In this document: one piece after another, positions 1 to 11,563 of the stretch
How positions within the stretch are numbered: position 1 is the stretch's first letter
How the letters are laid out: the number at the start of each line of letters is the position of its first letter
NCBI GenBank assembly: GCA_965153285.1
Contig: OZ229114.1
DNA: 64,000 bases
Source of the DNA: Podarcis tiliguerta
Lineage: Eukaryota
Direction: 5' to 3' (one strand)
Translations under genes and position numbers: made by a program
The notes under the pieces: generated by a model
What the model saw: only the letters and a program-made list of their open reading frames with translations
Told to the model about the DNA's origin: nothing
Databases searched by the model: none

Positions 1-40
1 GGGGACAGTACACAACCGGAGTAGCCTCATTTGCCCTATG
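1..40 (+). CDS. TRPM2: TRPM2 coding exon (~exon 5, 3' part only; MHR1/2 domain)
   Basis: Frame from position 2 reads GTVHNRSSLICPM, resembling human (W)GTVHRREGLIHPT; GTGAGC donor at 41, phase 0. Confidence 0.8.
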
Positions 41-789
41 GTGAGCCATTTTCAGGCTGTGTTACTAGAAGAATAGGATGCTTACAGCGCAATCCCATAC
101 ATGTCATATTTAATGTCATTTTTGCTGTTCTATCCTGGTGGAAATATGGCTATATTTCATATACATACATGCTTACTGTTCCTAAAATAGCATGCAAGTA
201 TATCCATATAATTTCTCTCTCCCCCCTCCCCCCAATATACTTAATCCAATTTGCATTTAAGCTTCTGCTAGAAAAAGAAAAGAAAGAAAGCAGGTGAAAT
301 TAACAGGTGTATAGGATCACATGTGTACTGCAAAAAGAAGTTTTTGTTTTTTGTTTTGTTAAGACTCTGATGACAGATGAAGAAGGATGAGCAATGGCCA
401 AAAAGATAAGTTATAAATGCGAACCAATCATATACAAGTACAATTCATTATAATGGTACTGCATTATAAATATAGACCAATCATATACAAGTACCATTTC
501 TTGTGGAGTGGAAAGTTTTGTGTTCTAACACCCTGGAGATCCCACTGCTACCTCACCAAACTCTAAGAAAAGTAAGCACCATTTGTAGCGTTTGTTTTGG
601 TACTAGAAAAAGACCTCAACATGTCCACTTTCAAAAAACATGCCACATTTTCTAAAGATAAGGCATTCCTCTACAGGAATATTTTTGTGAAGCATGTTAT
701 GCAAACCCAAGCATGAGTTAGAGCCCCAATAATTGAGTCCTTTGTTGGTTTCTGACCACTCCCCCCCCCCAACCCCTGGATGTTTACAG

Positions 790-970
790 GGTAGCTTCCC
801 AGCTGAATATGTCCTGGATGAGGAGACTCAAGGGAACCTTTCTTGCCTGGACAGTAATCACTCACACTTCATCCTAGTGGATGATGGGACACATGGGAAA
901 TATGGAGTGGAGATTCCCTTGAGGACCAGACTTGAGAAGTTCATTTCGGAGCAGACGAAGGTGAAAGAAG
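790..970 (+). CDS. TRPM2: TRPM2 exon ~6 (MHR1/2)
   Basis: tttacag acceptor; GSFPAEYVLDEETQGNLSCLDSNHSHFILVDDGTHGKYGVEIPLRTRLEKFISEQTKVKE contains the TRPM LDxNHSHFILVDDG signature; gtaatt donor. Confidence 0.96.
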
Positions 971-1605
971 GTAATTGTGATGCAGTATACAGGGTATCTC
1001 ATTACTGATAGAAGTCTGATGTGCAATCTGAGCCCTTCCCTCCTCTAAGGCTTGTTTAGCTTGGAATTCATTTATGTCAGCCAGGCCAATGATGAAGAAC
1101 TTGTTTCAGATTCTGTTGGACTTCAGCTCCCATCAGCTCCATTCAGCATGGTCAATAGCCAGGTTGGTTGTTGTTAAATTGATTACCCACCCTTCATCAT
1201 AGGTCCCTGGGTGGGTTTCAGTTATTTAAAATTCAGAATTAAAAACAGTTGAAACATATTACATTTCCAGGAATAGGTTCAATATAAGTTTTAAGCCCAT
1301 CAACACCTGGAGGACCAAAGGTTCCCTCTTTGTAGGCTTCTGCATTAGGCCTTGATGATGTCAGATGGAGAGTGGAGAGACCATGAAATATCAGGACATT
1401 GAAATATCAGGACATTATTTGATAAGGTAAAGTGCCAAAAGACTTGAATCCTGGGATCAACATCCATATAATAGGGGCACTGTTGTTAGAGATGGGAGGG
1501 AAGAACAGTTTCTTTAGATTTGGATGTTGCTTCCAGTGGTATGCAGTTTCTTCCATTTGGTACTGCAGTCTAGTTCAGTGTTTTTGATGCCAAGATGTTG
1601 TCAAG

Positions 1606-1780
1606 TGATATTGCTCAGCACATGCTTTGCGTTCTAAAGGTCCCTTGTTCAACCCTTGACATCTCCAGATAAAAGTGGGAATGATTGTTTTCTGAAGAAA
1701 GTCTGAGTGCTGTTGTTGGTCAGTGTACAGTTGTGAGCTTGATGGTCTGACTTTGTCTAAGGCAGCTCCTATGTTCCTAG
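1606..1780 (+). mobile_element. Degenerate tRNA-derived SINE (Squam2-like)
   Basis: Resembles the copy at 46483-46660 (head with gttcaacccttgacatctccag; tail ggtctgact...aaggcagctcctatgttcc). Confidence 0.5.
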
Positions 1781-2682
1781 TTGTGACCGCATAAATGGCT
1801 AGTCTTGTGACATGGTGGAATGCAGGGCAAGTGAAGGGAGGGGCACAGAATGATGGGAAAGGGCAAGTGGGAAAAAGAAGTTGGTGACAGTTGGACCTGA
1901 AGAGAGAACTGAGGAAGGTGGAAGAAAATGAATAGCCACCAGAAATTGAGGAATTATAAAGACCTGGTCTAAGAAATACATGTGTTATTGAGTTATATCA
2001 ATTCTAAGGGATTTTCAGGTCTCAAAAATCAATGAGAAAATGACCTCCATGAAGAACTTGAGTAAAACAATGGGATTCCCTGTGGCAATGTATGCCTCTC
2101 AGGTCTACCTCAGCTGATATCCATGAAAACCCAAATGGAATTCCTACACAGATGGTTTTATATCAAAGTCTGATTAGCTAAGGTAACAGGGTGAGACAAC
2201 GGCTTTGCACTGGAGAAGCTGCTGGCATAAGTGTACATACTGGCAGTTGTGATGAACTGCCCTCCAGGGAGCAGGTTGTTAAGTGAGCCAAATTATGTTT
2301 GTGAGTATAAATTCAAATATTGAATTTATTTATTTTATTAAAATTTATATACTGGCCGATTGTAGGGGAAAAAACTCCAAAGAATGGCTTTATGCTAGTT
2401 GCTGACCATTAGGCAGAAATGGAAAAATGCTAAGGGTGTTGCCTTGGAAGGGTAGTAGGCAAAGTTGTGGTTTGCGGCAGCCATGTTAACTCATCATATT
2501 CATGTTATGGGGGTGAATCCCAACCAGAATCTGACTTTACAATTTGACATGGTTTTATTTTCTATATGAGCAATAAAACAAGAGCTGCAAAGTATAAGAG
2601 GAGGTGGAGGATTTCATAACAAACAAAAAACTACAAATATGTTTTTGCACAAGTTTTCTGCTGTTGCTGTATCCTGTTATTA

Positions 2683-4260
2683 CCGTATTTTTCGCCCTAT
2701 AGGACGCACTTTTTCCCCTCCAAAAATGAAGGGGAAATCTGGGTGCGTCCTATGGGGCGAATGCAGGCTTCGCAGACCTCTCCGCAAACAGCAGGAGCGC
2801 TCCCGCTGCTGGCGGAGAGGTGCCTGCATGCTGAAGCCTGCGCACTGAGCTCAGCGCGTCCAGGCTTCGCGGACCTCTCCGCTAGCAGCGGGAGCGCTCC
2901 CGCTGCTGGCGGAGAGGTGCCTGCATGCTGAAGCCTGCGCGCGCTGAGCTCAGCGCGTCCAGGCTTCGCGGACCTCTCCGCTAGCAGCGGGAGCGCTCCC
3001 GCTGCTGGCGGAGGGGTGCCTGCATGCTGAAGCCTGCGCGCGCTGAGCTCAGCGCGTCCAGGCTTCGCGGACCTCTCCGCTAGCAGCGGGAGCGCTCCCG
3101 CTGCTGGCGGAGAGGTGCCTGCATGCTGAAGCCTGCGCGCGCTGAGCTCAGCGCGTCCAGGCTTCGCGGACCTCTCCGCTAGCAGCGGGAGCGCTCCCGC
3201 TGCTGGCGGAGGGGTGCCTGCATGCTGAAACCTGCGCGCGCTGAGCTCAGCGCGTCCAGGCTTCGCGGACCTCTCCGCTAGCAGCGGGAGCGCTCCCGCT
3301 GCTGGCGGAGGGGTGCCTGCATGCTGAAACCTGCGCGCGCTGAGCTCAGCGCGTCCAGGCTTCGCGGACCTCTCCGCTAGCAGCGGGAGCGCTCCCGCTG
3401 CTGGCGGAGAGGTGCCTGCATGCTGAAGCCTGCGCGCGCTGAGCTCAGCGCGTCCAGGCTTCGCGGACCTCTCCGCTAGCAGCGGGAGCGCTCCCGCTGC
3501 TGGCGGAGAGGTGCCTGCATGCTGAAGCCTGCGCGCGCTGAGCTCAGCGCGTCCAGGCTTCGCGGACCTCTCCGCTAGCAGCGGGAGCGCTCCCGCTGCT
3601 GGCGGAGAGGTGCCTGCATGCTGAAGCCTGCGCGCGCTGAGCTCAGCGCGTCCAGGCTTCGCGGACCTCTCCGCTAGCAGCGGGAGCGCTCCCGCTGCTG
3701 GCGGAGAGGTGCCTGCATGCTGAAGCCTGCGCGCGCTGAGCTCAGCGCGTCCAGGCTTCGCGGACCTCTCCGCTAGCAGCGGGAGCGCTCCCGCTGCTGG
3801 CGGAGAGGTGCCTGCATGCTGAAGCCTGCGCGCGCTGAGCTCAGCGCGTCCAGGCTTCGCGGACCTCTCCGCTAGCAGCGGGAGCGCTCCCGCTGCTGGC
3901 GGAGAGGTGCCTGCATGCTGAAGCCTGCGCGCGCTGAGCTCAGCGCGTCCAGGCTTCGCGGACCTCTCCGCCAGCAGCGGGAGCGCTCCCGCTGCTGGCG
4001 GAGAGTTGCCTGCATGCTGAAGCCTGCGCGCGCTGAGCTCAGCATGTCCAGGCTTCGCGGACCTCTCCGCTAGCAGCGGGAGCCAGCACTGGGCTCCCAC
4101 GGCTTGCAGAGAGCTGCCTGTTTGGGGGTTGGGGTCGGGGGAAGCTCGGGCTTCCCCAACCCCGCGCCTGGGGGGGAAATAATTTTTTTCCTTTATTTCC
4201 CCCCCAAAAAAACTAGGTGCGCCTTATGGGACGGTGCGTCCTATAGGGCGAAAAATACGG
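2683..4260. mobile_element. Non-autonomous Tc1/mariner-superfamily (Tc2/pogo-type) DNA transposon carrying a tandem array
   Basis: Perfect 27-bp TIRs CCGTATTTTTCGCCCTATAGGACGCAC (2683-2709 / 4234-4260); TA on both flanks (2681-2682, 4261-4262); subterminal partial TIR copies at ~2742-2761 and ~4216-4230. Confidence 0.9.
2764..4083. repeat. 99-bp GC/CpG-rich palindromic minisatellite, ~13.4 units
   Basis: Units start at 2764 (degenerate), 2861, 2960, 3059 ... 3950 and 4049 (partial); each holds the palindromes AGCAGCGGGAGCGCTCCCGCTGCT and CGCGCTGAGCTCAGCGCG. Confidence 0.97.
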
Positions 4261-4641
4261 TACTTTTTATAGGATTGTATATTGGCCTTTTATCACTCCT
4301 ATTGTATGTTGCCCTGATACTTTCCCCTAAAAATCATTTAAACAAAATAAGCAAAGGGACTGACTGCAAGCGACAAACAACTGATACCATAGTGAGTAAG
4401 TAACTAATGGTGGCTTAACACTGGCTTATTTGTGTGATGATGGGATGGTTGTGTTTGTTCATCATCATTAGAAATGTTAATTATGTAGCTGCTATTAATT
4501 GATTGCTCTTAATGTTATTTGAGATAAATATTGTTCATTTTAACTGCATTCAAAGGTAACTGCCAATGGGCATCAGCAAGAAGGGAAAGAAATGACTAGC
4601 TTTCTGCACATGGGACTGACTGAGCCTTTATTTCCTTACAG

Positions 4642-4703
4642 GAGTTGCCATTAAAATACCAATTGTTTGTGTAGTACTCGAGGGTGGCCCTGGGACTCTT
4701 GAT
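4642..4703 (+). CDS. TRPM2: TRPM2 exon ~7
   Basis: ccttacag acceptor; (G)VAIKIPIVCVVLEGGPGTLD; gtaagt donor; phase 1 to 0. Confidence 0.95.
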
Positions 4704-5393
4704 GTAAGTACTCTACAGGCATCAGGGCAACTAATTATGGGAAAAGAAGCAAAGTGTAGGAGAATTCAGTAATTGTTAACACCTGGATATTTCTCTCTCA
4801 GAGCACAGTGTGCCTCAATCACACAGTAACTACTTTTGTGGTGTCTTTGTAACATTGCAGAAACACATCTAGTTGTAACTACAAAGCAGGGACTGGCTGT
4901 ATGGGCACAGAGAGTTCTGACTTGTACATTTCAAGCCCTTTTAACTCACACATAGCAAAGAGATTCTGCATAGCAGAAGATATAAGAGTATGCCTTAGCT
5001 GTAAACAATGAGAATCGCTCTAAAACAGTTGAAACCTGCTCAACATGCTGATCGGCAGAATGAAGTGGCAGAGCAAGGTGGAATTCTGAACTACATCACT
5101 TAAGACAGCAGATGGGAGAATCATGTTTTTAAACTTTCCTTCACATAAATTCTCTATACTACTCCTTAATCCCAGATATGCTCCATAGATTACTACAGCA
5201 TACAAGGAGCATATATATTCCGAAACATGATCTCCCACCTGTGCTGTGTGATATGATACAGTTCAGAATTCCAAGATGTCATTCTACAAGCTCAATTCAT
5301 AAATTGATTCTGAACTTAGTGGCAATATCAAAGTGATGTCCATAAGACAGCACCAGCTCAAATGCAGTCATGCTCCTGTATTCTGTTCTACAG

Positions 5394-5594
5394 ACCATCT
5401 ACAATGCAATTACCAATGGCACCCCCTGTGTGGTTGTGGAAGGCTCAGGACGGGTGGCTGATGTCATTGCTCAAGTGGCTAATCTGCCCATCTCCCAAAT
5501 AAGCATCTCCCTCATTCAGAAAAAACTGAGCATATTCTTCAAAGAGAGCTATGAGCAGTTTACTGAGAGTAAGATTGTGGAATGGACCAAAAAG
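5394..5594 (+). CDS. TRPM2: TRPM2 exon ~8
   Basis: ctacag acceptor; TIYNAITNGTPCVVVEGSGRVADVIAQVANLP...KIVEWTKK; gtaagg donor. Confidence 0.96.
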
Positions 5595-5695
5595 GTAAGG
5601 CAAATGGTCTCTGTGCAGCTTTTACTGGGTTTTGTTGGTGAAGTTGCAGTCATGAGCTAGGACCTTCAGTCTTACCTTTTCTTTGGCATTTGCAG

Positions 5696-5798
5696 ATCCA
5701 GGATATTGTACGCAACAGGCAGCTCTTGACCATCTTCAGGGAAGGCAAAGATGGACAACAGGATGTTGATGTAGCCATTCTTCAAGCAATGCTCAAAG
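5696..5798 (+). CDS. TRPM2: TRPM2 exon ~9
   Basis: ttgcag acceptor; IQDIVRNRQLLTIFREGKDGQQDVDVAILQAMLK; gtgaga donor. Confidence 0.95.
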
Positions 5799-7049
5799 GT
5801 GAGAAGTGCAGTGGGTGTTGCAGATGAGGTACAGAGATCAGTAAGTGAAACTGTTTCTTTTAGGACGTTCCCTTGTGTTGGAATGTGGTATTGCTTCAGA
5901 ATGCAGCACAAGACAGTACTGTACTGTAGAACCTTTTGTGTGTCATAATTTAGACTTCACTTACCTTGAGGGATTTGTTTCCATGGAAGTGGAGGCACAG
6001 CAAGGACACCTGATCACCATATGCAGTGAGGAAAATACTGTTGGAGAGAGAGGCTTGGAAGAGAGATTCCTATTCTCCAGTAGCAGAGTTAAGCACAATG
6101 GTGATTGCTCGAAGAACTTTAAAACTTGGTTAGGTTTGCATCTACCCTCGTCCACCTTTAAAGAATGTTCCCCATTAAAATACTTAGGCTAGGAAAAAAA
6201 TCACAGACACTTAGCTTGGAAATAAGTGATTTTTTTTTACTTAAGAAATTCCCAGAAGTTACAGCAAACAAATCTCCATCATCTGGCAATAAAACAAAGA
6301 TGAAAAGGTTCCAAACAACTTTAAAAAGAAAAGTACCATACTTTGTTTCCTTACAAAAGGAATCATGCAGTCTGTGGGTTTGCAAAGTTGCAGGTTTTAA
6401 AAACTCACCTTTAAAGCGATTCAGTTCACTTACAGGATCAGCTGAGTGGGGAGCCAAAGCTACATGGCTCCTTTTTTGCTTGTTCTAGGAAGCATTAAGG
6501 GGGGAAAGGAGGGGGGGGGCAGAGGCTGCTGCCAGCCTGCTAAGCCACATTCACTGGCAACCTGAGCTCAGGTTAACCCTTTCACACATGGAAGTGTGAG
6601 TCAGTAACTGTACAGTACAACAAATACTACCTGGTATCATAACCCGAAACTGTGACATTGCATGAAGTGGGATGTTGAGCAATACCTAGGAGATACAAAG
6701 TCATTTGACACAAACACATTTTATTTGATGTGTTGAGTTTGATTGTTAACCTTACAGCTCATAGGAGGTAACAGCAATTGAAAAAAACCCAGCTCAAATA
6801 CTTAATAAAACATGCAAGCCACATAATGGAAACATTAAAATGACTCCATACTTGCTTTGCTCCAGCCATTAAATGTCAACATAAACAAGAAAGTCTCTTT
6901 GGAAAATGCTCAGAGTAACCAAGCTCTAGGCAGTAATGTTGGGTATGTTACATGTGCTTAAATCCACAGGATATTTAAAGAAGCAGTTGGGGGCCAAAAG
7001 GGTATGCTAGTGATACGTTTATGTTGCAAGGTACCTAGGCCTCCCAATG

Positions 7050-7275
7050 CAGTGGTACCTCAGGTTACATACGCTTCAGGTTACAGACTCCGCTAACCCA
7101 GAAATAGTGCTTCAGGTTAAGAACTTTGCTTCAGGATGAGAACAGAAATCATGCTCTGGCGGCGCGGCGGCAGCAGGAGGCCCCATTAGCTAAAGTGGTG
7201 CTTCAGGTTAAGAACAGTTTCAGGTTAAGTATGGACCTCCAGAACGAATTAAGTACTTAACTTGAGGTACCACTG
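7050..7275 (+). mobile_element. Tigger/pogo-type MITE (family A, copy 1)
   Basis: TIR CAGTGGTACCTCA / TGAGGTACCACTG, TA at 3' flank; near-identical copies at 29859 and 62149. Confidence 0.85.
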
Positions 7276-7398
7276 TATGTTTCTCTTGCCATTCATTCCC
7301 CTTCAAGTTCTCAATGTGCATGAGTAAGAGACAGCCAGTAAAGGTCAGCCCTTTGCAACCTAGTTTCAGCCATGTTTTTGTTTATTCCTCTATTGCAG

Positions 7399-7520
7399 CC
7401 TCTCGATACAGAGATCACTTAGGCCATGAAAACTGGGACCACCAGCTGAAGCTTGCAGTGGCATGGAACAGGGTGGACATTGCCCGGAGTGAGATTTTCA
7501 CCGATGATCATGAGTGGAAG
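7399..7520 (+). CDS. TRPM2: TRPM2 exon ~10
   Basis: ttgcag acceptor; (A)SRYRDHLGHENWDHQLKLAVAWNRVDIARSEIFTDDHEWK; gtaggg donor. Confidence 0.95.
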
Positions 7521-8828
7521 GTAGGGAAGCTTTTGGTGACACACACTGGCAATGAGCATATTTGCTTTCTGGCTGCATAATTAGAGCAGGGTCTAAAAGC
7601 ACTAGGCTTGGCTTGACTGCATGCATGTCTCTTGGGAAGGGATGGGGTGTCTTGAGGGTGAAACCAGATGTTATAAGAGTTGCCTTGCACAGCTGCCAAT
7701 CTGTGTCTCTTTGCTCTTCCTTCCCCCTAATATGTGCTGCAATACACTGTGTAACACCCGTGACATGTTATCATGAGGTGTGTCTCCCCACCTTCACACA
7801 ATTGGCAGGCAGGGATGAGGAGACACAATGCACAATGATGTTGTGTTGTGTTGTAGACACATTATGAGGAAGAGAGGGTCAAGAGTAATGGAATGGCAGC
7901 TCTTCCAGTTCTTTACGGTCATTTTGTAAGTAGCTTTGCATTGCCATGGCAAAAAAGTGACTAATATTTGCAAACATGCCATAAAAACATATAAAATAGT
8001 TTTTAAAACAGTATGGAAACAACTAAAGCTAGGTTTAAAAACAATACAGAATGAACACTTAAGGCAGAGAGCTTCTCATCTAGATGCATTGTTAATATAA
8101 AAATGTATTCAGTAGTCTCTGCAAAGTTGTGGGTGCCTGTTGTATCTCAGCAGTAATTCCTGGCTCGCCTTTGTATATTTCACTCAGTTGCATTGTAAGC
8201 TGCCCAGAGAACTTTGTGTAAGGGAATAATAGATCAGTGCAGCAGTATGCATGGTCTTATGTAACGCATTCCTTGTTTGCTGTTGTTCATACGGAGGACA
8301 GAATAGCCGTAATGCTTGTCTGGCAATGGCAGGCATACTTGGGATGATCAAAGAACAGTTTATTCAGAGAACTCGTGGTGTCAGAAGGTGCAAAACAACT
8401 CTTACATTGCCAGAGGTTTTTCCGTTTGGATGTGAACGCTTAAAAACTCAACCTTTACAGCTTGCTACTTTGAGGAATCTTTAAGACACCCACTTTTATC
8501 TAAACTGCCTTATGGGATCGCGTCATGTTTCTTAGAGGTGTCCACAAAAAGCAGGGAAAATGCCATTTTTTATTGTCTGTGCCGAAAACACTCTCCCTGG
8601 TCAATTGGCACCAGAAGACAATAGCAGAGTAAGGTGGAATTATCCCATGGGCTCCAAGTAACATTTCATGAAATAGCGAATACTTTCACATTTTTAGGGT
8701 TTTTACAAATAGGTAAACCAAGTTATTTAAACCCTGTTGTTGCTGCACTGGCAGTGTGGTTGAGTGGCTGCCCTGTTGCTGTGACATGCTAAAGAGCTGG
8801 GTTCTGCCCTCACTGAAAAATCTTTTTA

Positions 8829-9193
8829 AAAAGGTAAAGGACCCCTGACAGTTAAGTCCAGTCATGAATGACTCTGGGGTTGCAGTGCTCATCTCACTTT
8901 ACTGGCTGAGGGAGCCAATGTTTGTCCACAGACAGTTTTTCCAGGTCATGTGGCCAGCATGACTAAGCCACATCTGGTGAAACCAGAGCAGTGCACGGAA
9001 ACACTGTTTACCTTCCCGCTGGAAGGGTACCTATTTATCTACTTGCACTTTGACGTGCTTTTGAACTGCTAGGTTGGCAGGAGCTGGGACCAAACAATGG
9101 GAGCTCACCCCATTGCGGGGATTCGAACCGCTGACCTTCCAATCGGCAAGCCCAAGGCTCAGTGGTTTACACCACGGCACTACCTGCATCCCT
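8829..9193 (-). mobile_element. Sauria SINE
   Basis: Reverse-strand tRNA-like head (ggggattcgaacc B-box complement), diagnostic core cctatttatctacttgcac...gaactgctaggttggcaggagctggg, and (ACCTTT)-type tail. Confidence 0.88.
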
Positions 9194-9705
9194 TGAAAAA
9201 TCGCATGTTAATAATACCTGTGTCATACATATTTTGTGTCAGAGCCAACATGGCAACTTCCAGCTACTTCTTGGAATGGGACGCAGTACTAACCATGAGG
9301 GGGTGGTGTGTGTTGCTGACTGACCCCGTGGGCATGGCTCACCCACTATTGTCCTGTTGTCCCTTAGGGTAGCATGCTGTGGAAAGACTCTTGCTATTGG
9401 CTTCTCATGCATCCATCACTCCATGCTAGAGAGGAAGCGGCTGTGCCCCATCAGCATCAGTGAGACCTGCTTGCTTCAATTTGCCTGCTGCTTTCTGTGC
9501 TTTGCTGAGGTGTAAATGTGGACTAAACGGGAGATAGAACACTTGAACATAAGCAGGCCAGCTTCTATCTCTTAGCTTTCTACTGCCTGCTTCATCTGCT
9601 TCAGGGACTTTGCTTTAGCTATCAGCTTCTGCCTTTCTAGAGACTGCTGCAACTCCTGTATGCTTCCTCATTACCTTTGAGCTTGCACTGTGTGTATGTC
9701 CATGT

Positions 9706-9706
9706 C

Positions 9707-9765
<59 letters not shown>
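9706..9765. repeat. (TCTG)n(TC)n compound microsatellite
   Basis: Directly visible, ~85 nt upstream of the TRPM2 exon at 9849. Confidence 0.95.
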
Positions 9766-9768
<3 letters not shown>

Positions 9769-9848
9769 CATGCCCCCCCCATGGGGAGGACAACCGGCAT
9801 TACCTTTGGTTGATGTTGTCTCTTTCTGGTTGTCTTCTTGGCCAACAG

Positions 9849-10199
9849 CCCTCTGATCTGCACCCAATGATGGCTGCTGCCCTCATAGCCAACAAGCCAG
9901 ATTTTGTCAAGCTGTTTCTTGAGCAAGGTGTGCGCCTGAAGGAGTTTGTTACCTGGGACACCCTGATCTACCTCTATGAAAACATGGCAAACCCCAGCGT
10001 CTTCCACACAAAGCTACAGAAGGTGTTAATGGAAGAGAAGGAGCGCTCAGCTTTCTCCAAAGTGCCAAGAGTCCAAATGCACCATGTGTCCCAGGTGCTG
10101 AGGGAGCTGTTGGGAGATTTCACTCAGCAGCTGTACCCTAAGCCGAAGAACACTGAGAGACACCGGCTCTCTATCGCCGTGCCCCATATCAAGCTCAAT
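9849..10199 (+). CDS. TRPM2: TRPM2 exon ~11 (MHR3/4)
   Basis: caacag acceptor; PSDLHPMMAAALIANKPDFVKLFLEQGVRLKEF...VPHIKLN; gtaatg donor. Confidence 0.95.
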
Positions 10200-11031
10200 G
10201 TAATGTATCTCCGCATGTTACTAATCCCTTACAACCTTTCATGGCACCCCTTTTTAGTACAGGGCAGTCCATACATCCCCTTGCCACTTCTAAGAGTGGT
10301 CCCTGCACCAATGCCAGGAGAACATCACCTTTGGTAAGCTAGTTATATGTATACATTTTAATATTATACTGTGTCCTGCAGGCAGTTTGCTGTAGCAGCA
10401 GAAGCTGAATGAAGAATTGATACTGGAGAATTCTTTTACTGGCATCCAGGACATTCATGCAGTGATTCCCCCTATTTCCAATGTTCAAGTTGCAAGTGCC
10501 ATCAGTTATGTAACCAAAACAGCACTGCCCAATTGCAATAGAGAGGTATCAGCAGGTTTGAAAAAACCTTCCAGTTTGCAGAAGTAAAAAAATACAACTG
10601 TAAGGAGGGAAACCCTGTCAACCTACTGCCACAGAATGCTGACTCAATGTTTGGGGGTATGGAGACAAAACTGGGAGTAGAATAGTGCAGCTGGAATCCT
10701 GCACGTCACACTGAAACATTTTGTTGCCGGTTCCATTTACTATGTCTAGTGCCCTTTCTCCACTCACTGGTGCAAATCTTTGATTTTGACTTCCTTTCAA
10801 TATGATTGTGGCTCTCTGTATCCCAGCCTCTCTCCTCTTAAATTTAGTTCCAAGATTTTGTTCCATAACTTCAAACCAGGAAAAGGCCTGATGTGCTGTA
10901 TCTTCCTAGACTCAAGGAAATGGCCTTAGAATTAGTTAAGCAAGCTGTGGGAGAAAAAGAGACTGTACCAAGGTTAGATGCCTCCTTCCTTGTGCCCTCT
11001 GTTGGTGGCAAAAGCTGAATGGTGAGTCTAT

Positions 11032-11205
11032 GGCTGTGTACACACTAGACCTTTGAAGCACATTCCCCCCCCCCAAACAATGCTGGGCACTAGTTTGTTA
11101 CAGGTTGCTGGGAATTGTAAATCTGAGGAGCAAGCTACAATGCCCCAGATTCTTTGAGGGAAAGAATGTGCTTTGAATGAGCTTTAAAGTTATGTGTACA
11201 CAGCC
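11032..11205. mobile_element. Small MITE (PIF/Harbinger-like termini)
   Basis: 13-bp TIR GGCTGTGTACACA / TGTGTACACAGCC with a quasi-palindromic interior; superfamily assignment tentative. Confidence 0.6.
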
Positions 11206-11425
11206 TCCATGAGGGAAATTAATTTGAGGCTGAAGACACCCGATCCAGTATTGACGTTTCTATGAAGAAGGCATCACTGACCATGGTGTGTATGCTCGAT
11301 AATAGGACAGAAAATGAACATGAAAATTAAGAACAATAGTCCTCCTTTCGCTCACACCACCACTTAGCAATTGTTATCTGATTCCAGCTTTATAATCATG
11401 TTCTCCCCCCACCCCTCTTTTAAAG

Positions 11426-11563
11426 GTACAAGGGGTTAGTCTCCGATCCCTGTACAAGCGTTCTGCTGGCCGAGTCACATTCACAATGGATCCCATTAGG
11501 GACTTGCTCATTTGGGCAATTGTCCAAAACCGCAAGGAACTGGCTGACATCATCTGGACCCAG
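11426..11563 (+). CDS. TRPM2: TRPM2 exon ~12
   Basis: ttaaag acceptor; VQGVSLRSLYKRSAGRVTFTMDPIRDLLIWAIVQNRKELADIIWTQ; gtaaag donor. Confidence 0.95.

Noticed and set aside
2764-4083. CRISPR-like array of palindromic repeats
   Set aside because: There are no unique spacers (units are contiguous and near-identical), no cas genes, and the context is a vertebrate intron.
2697-4100. 467-aa minus-strand ORF made of 33-aa repeats
   Set aside because: It follows from a 99-bp (multiple of 3) GC-rich unit lacking stops in one frame. It starts at GTG, lies wholly inside a MITE, is antisense in an intron and has no recognisable domain.
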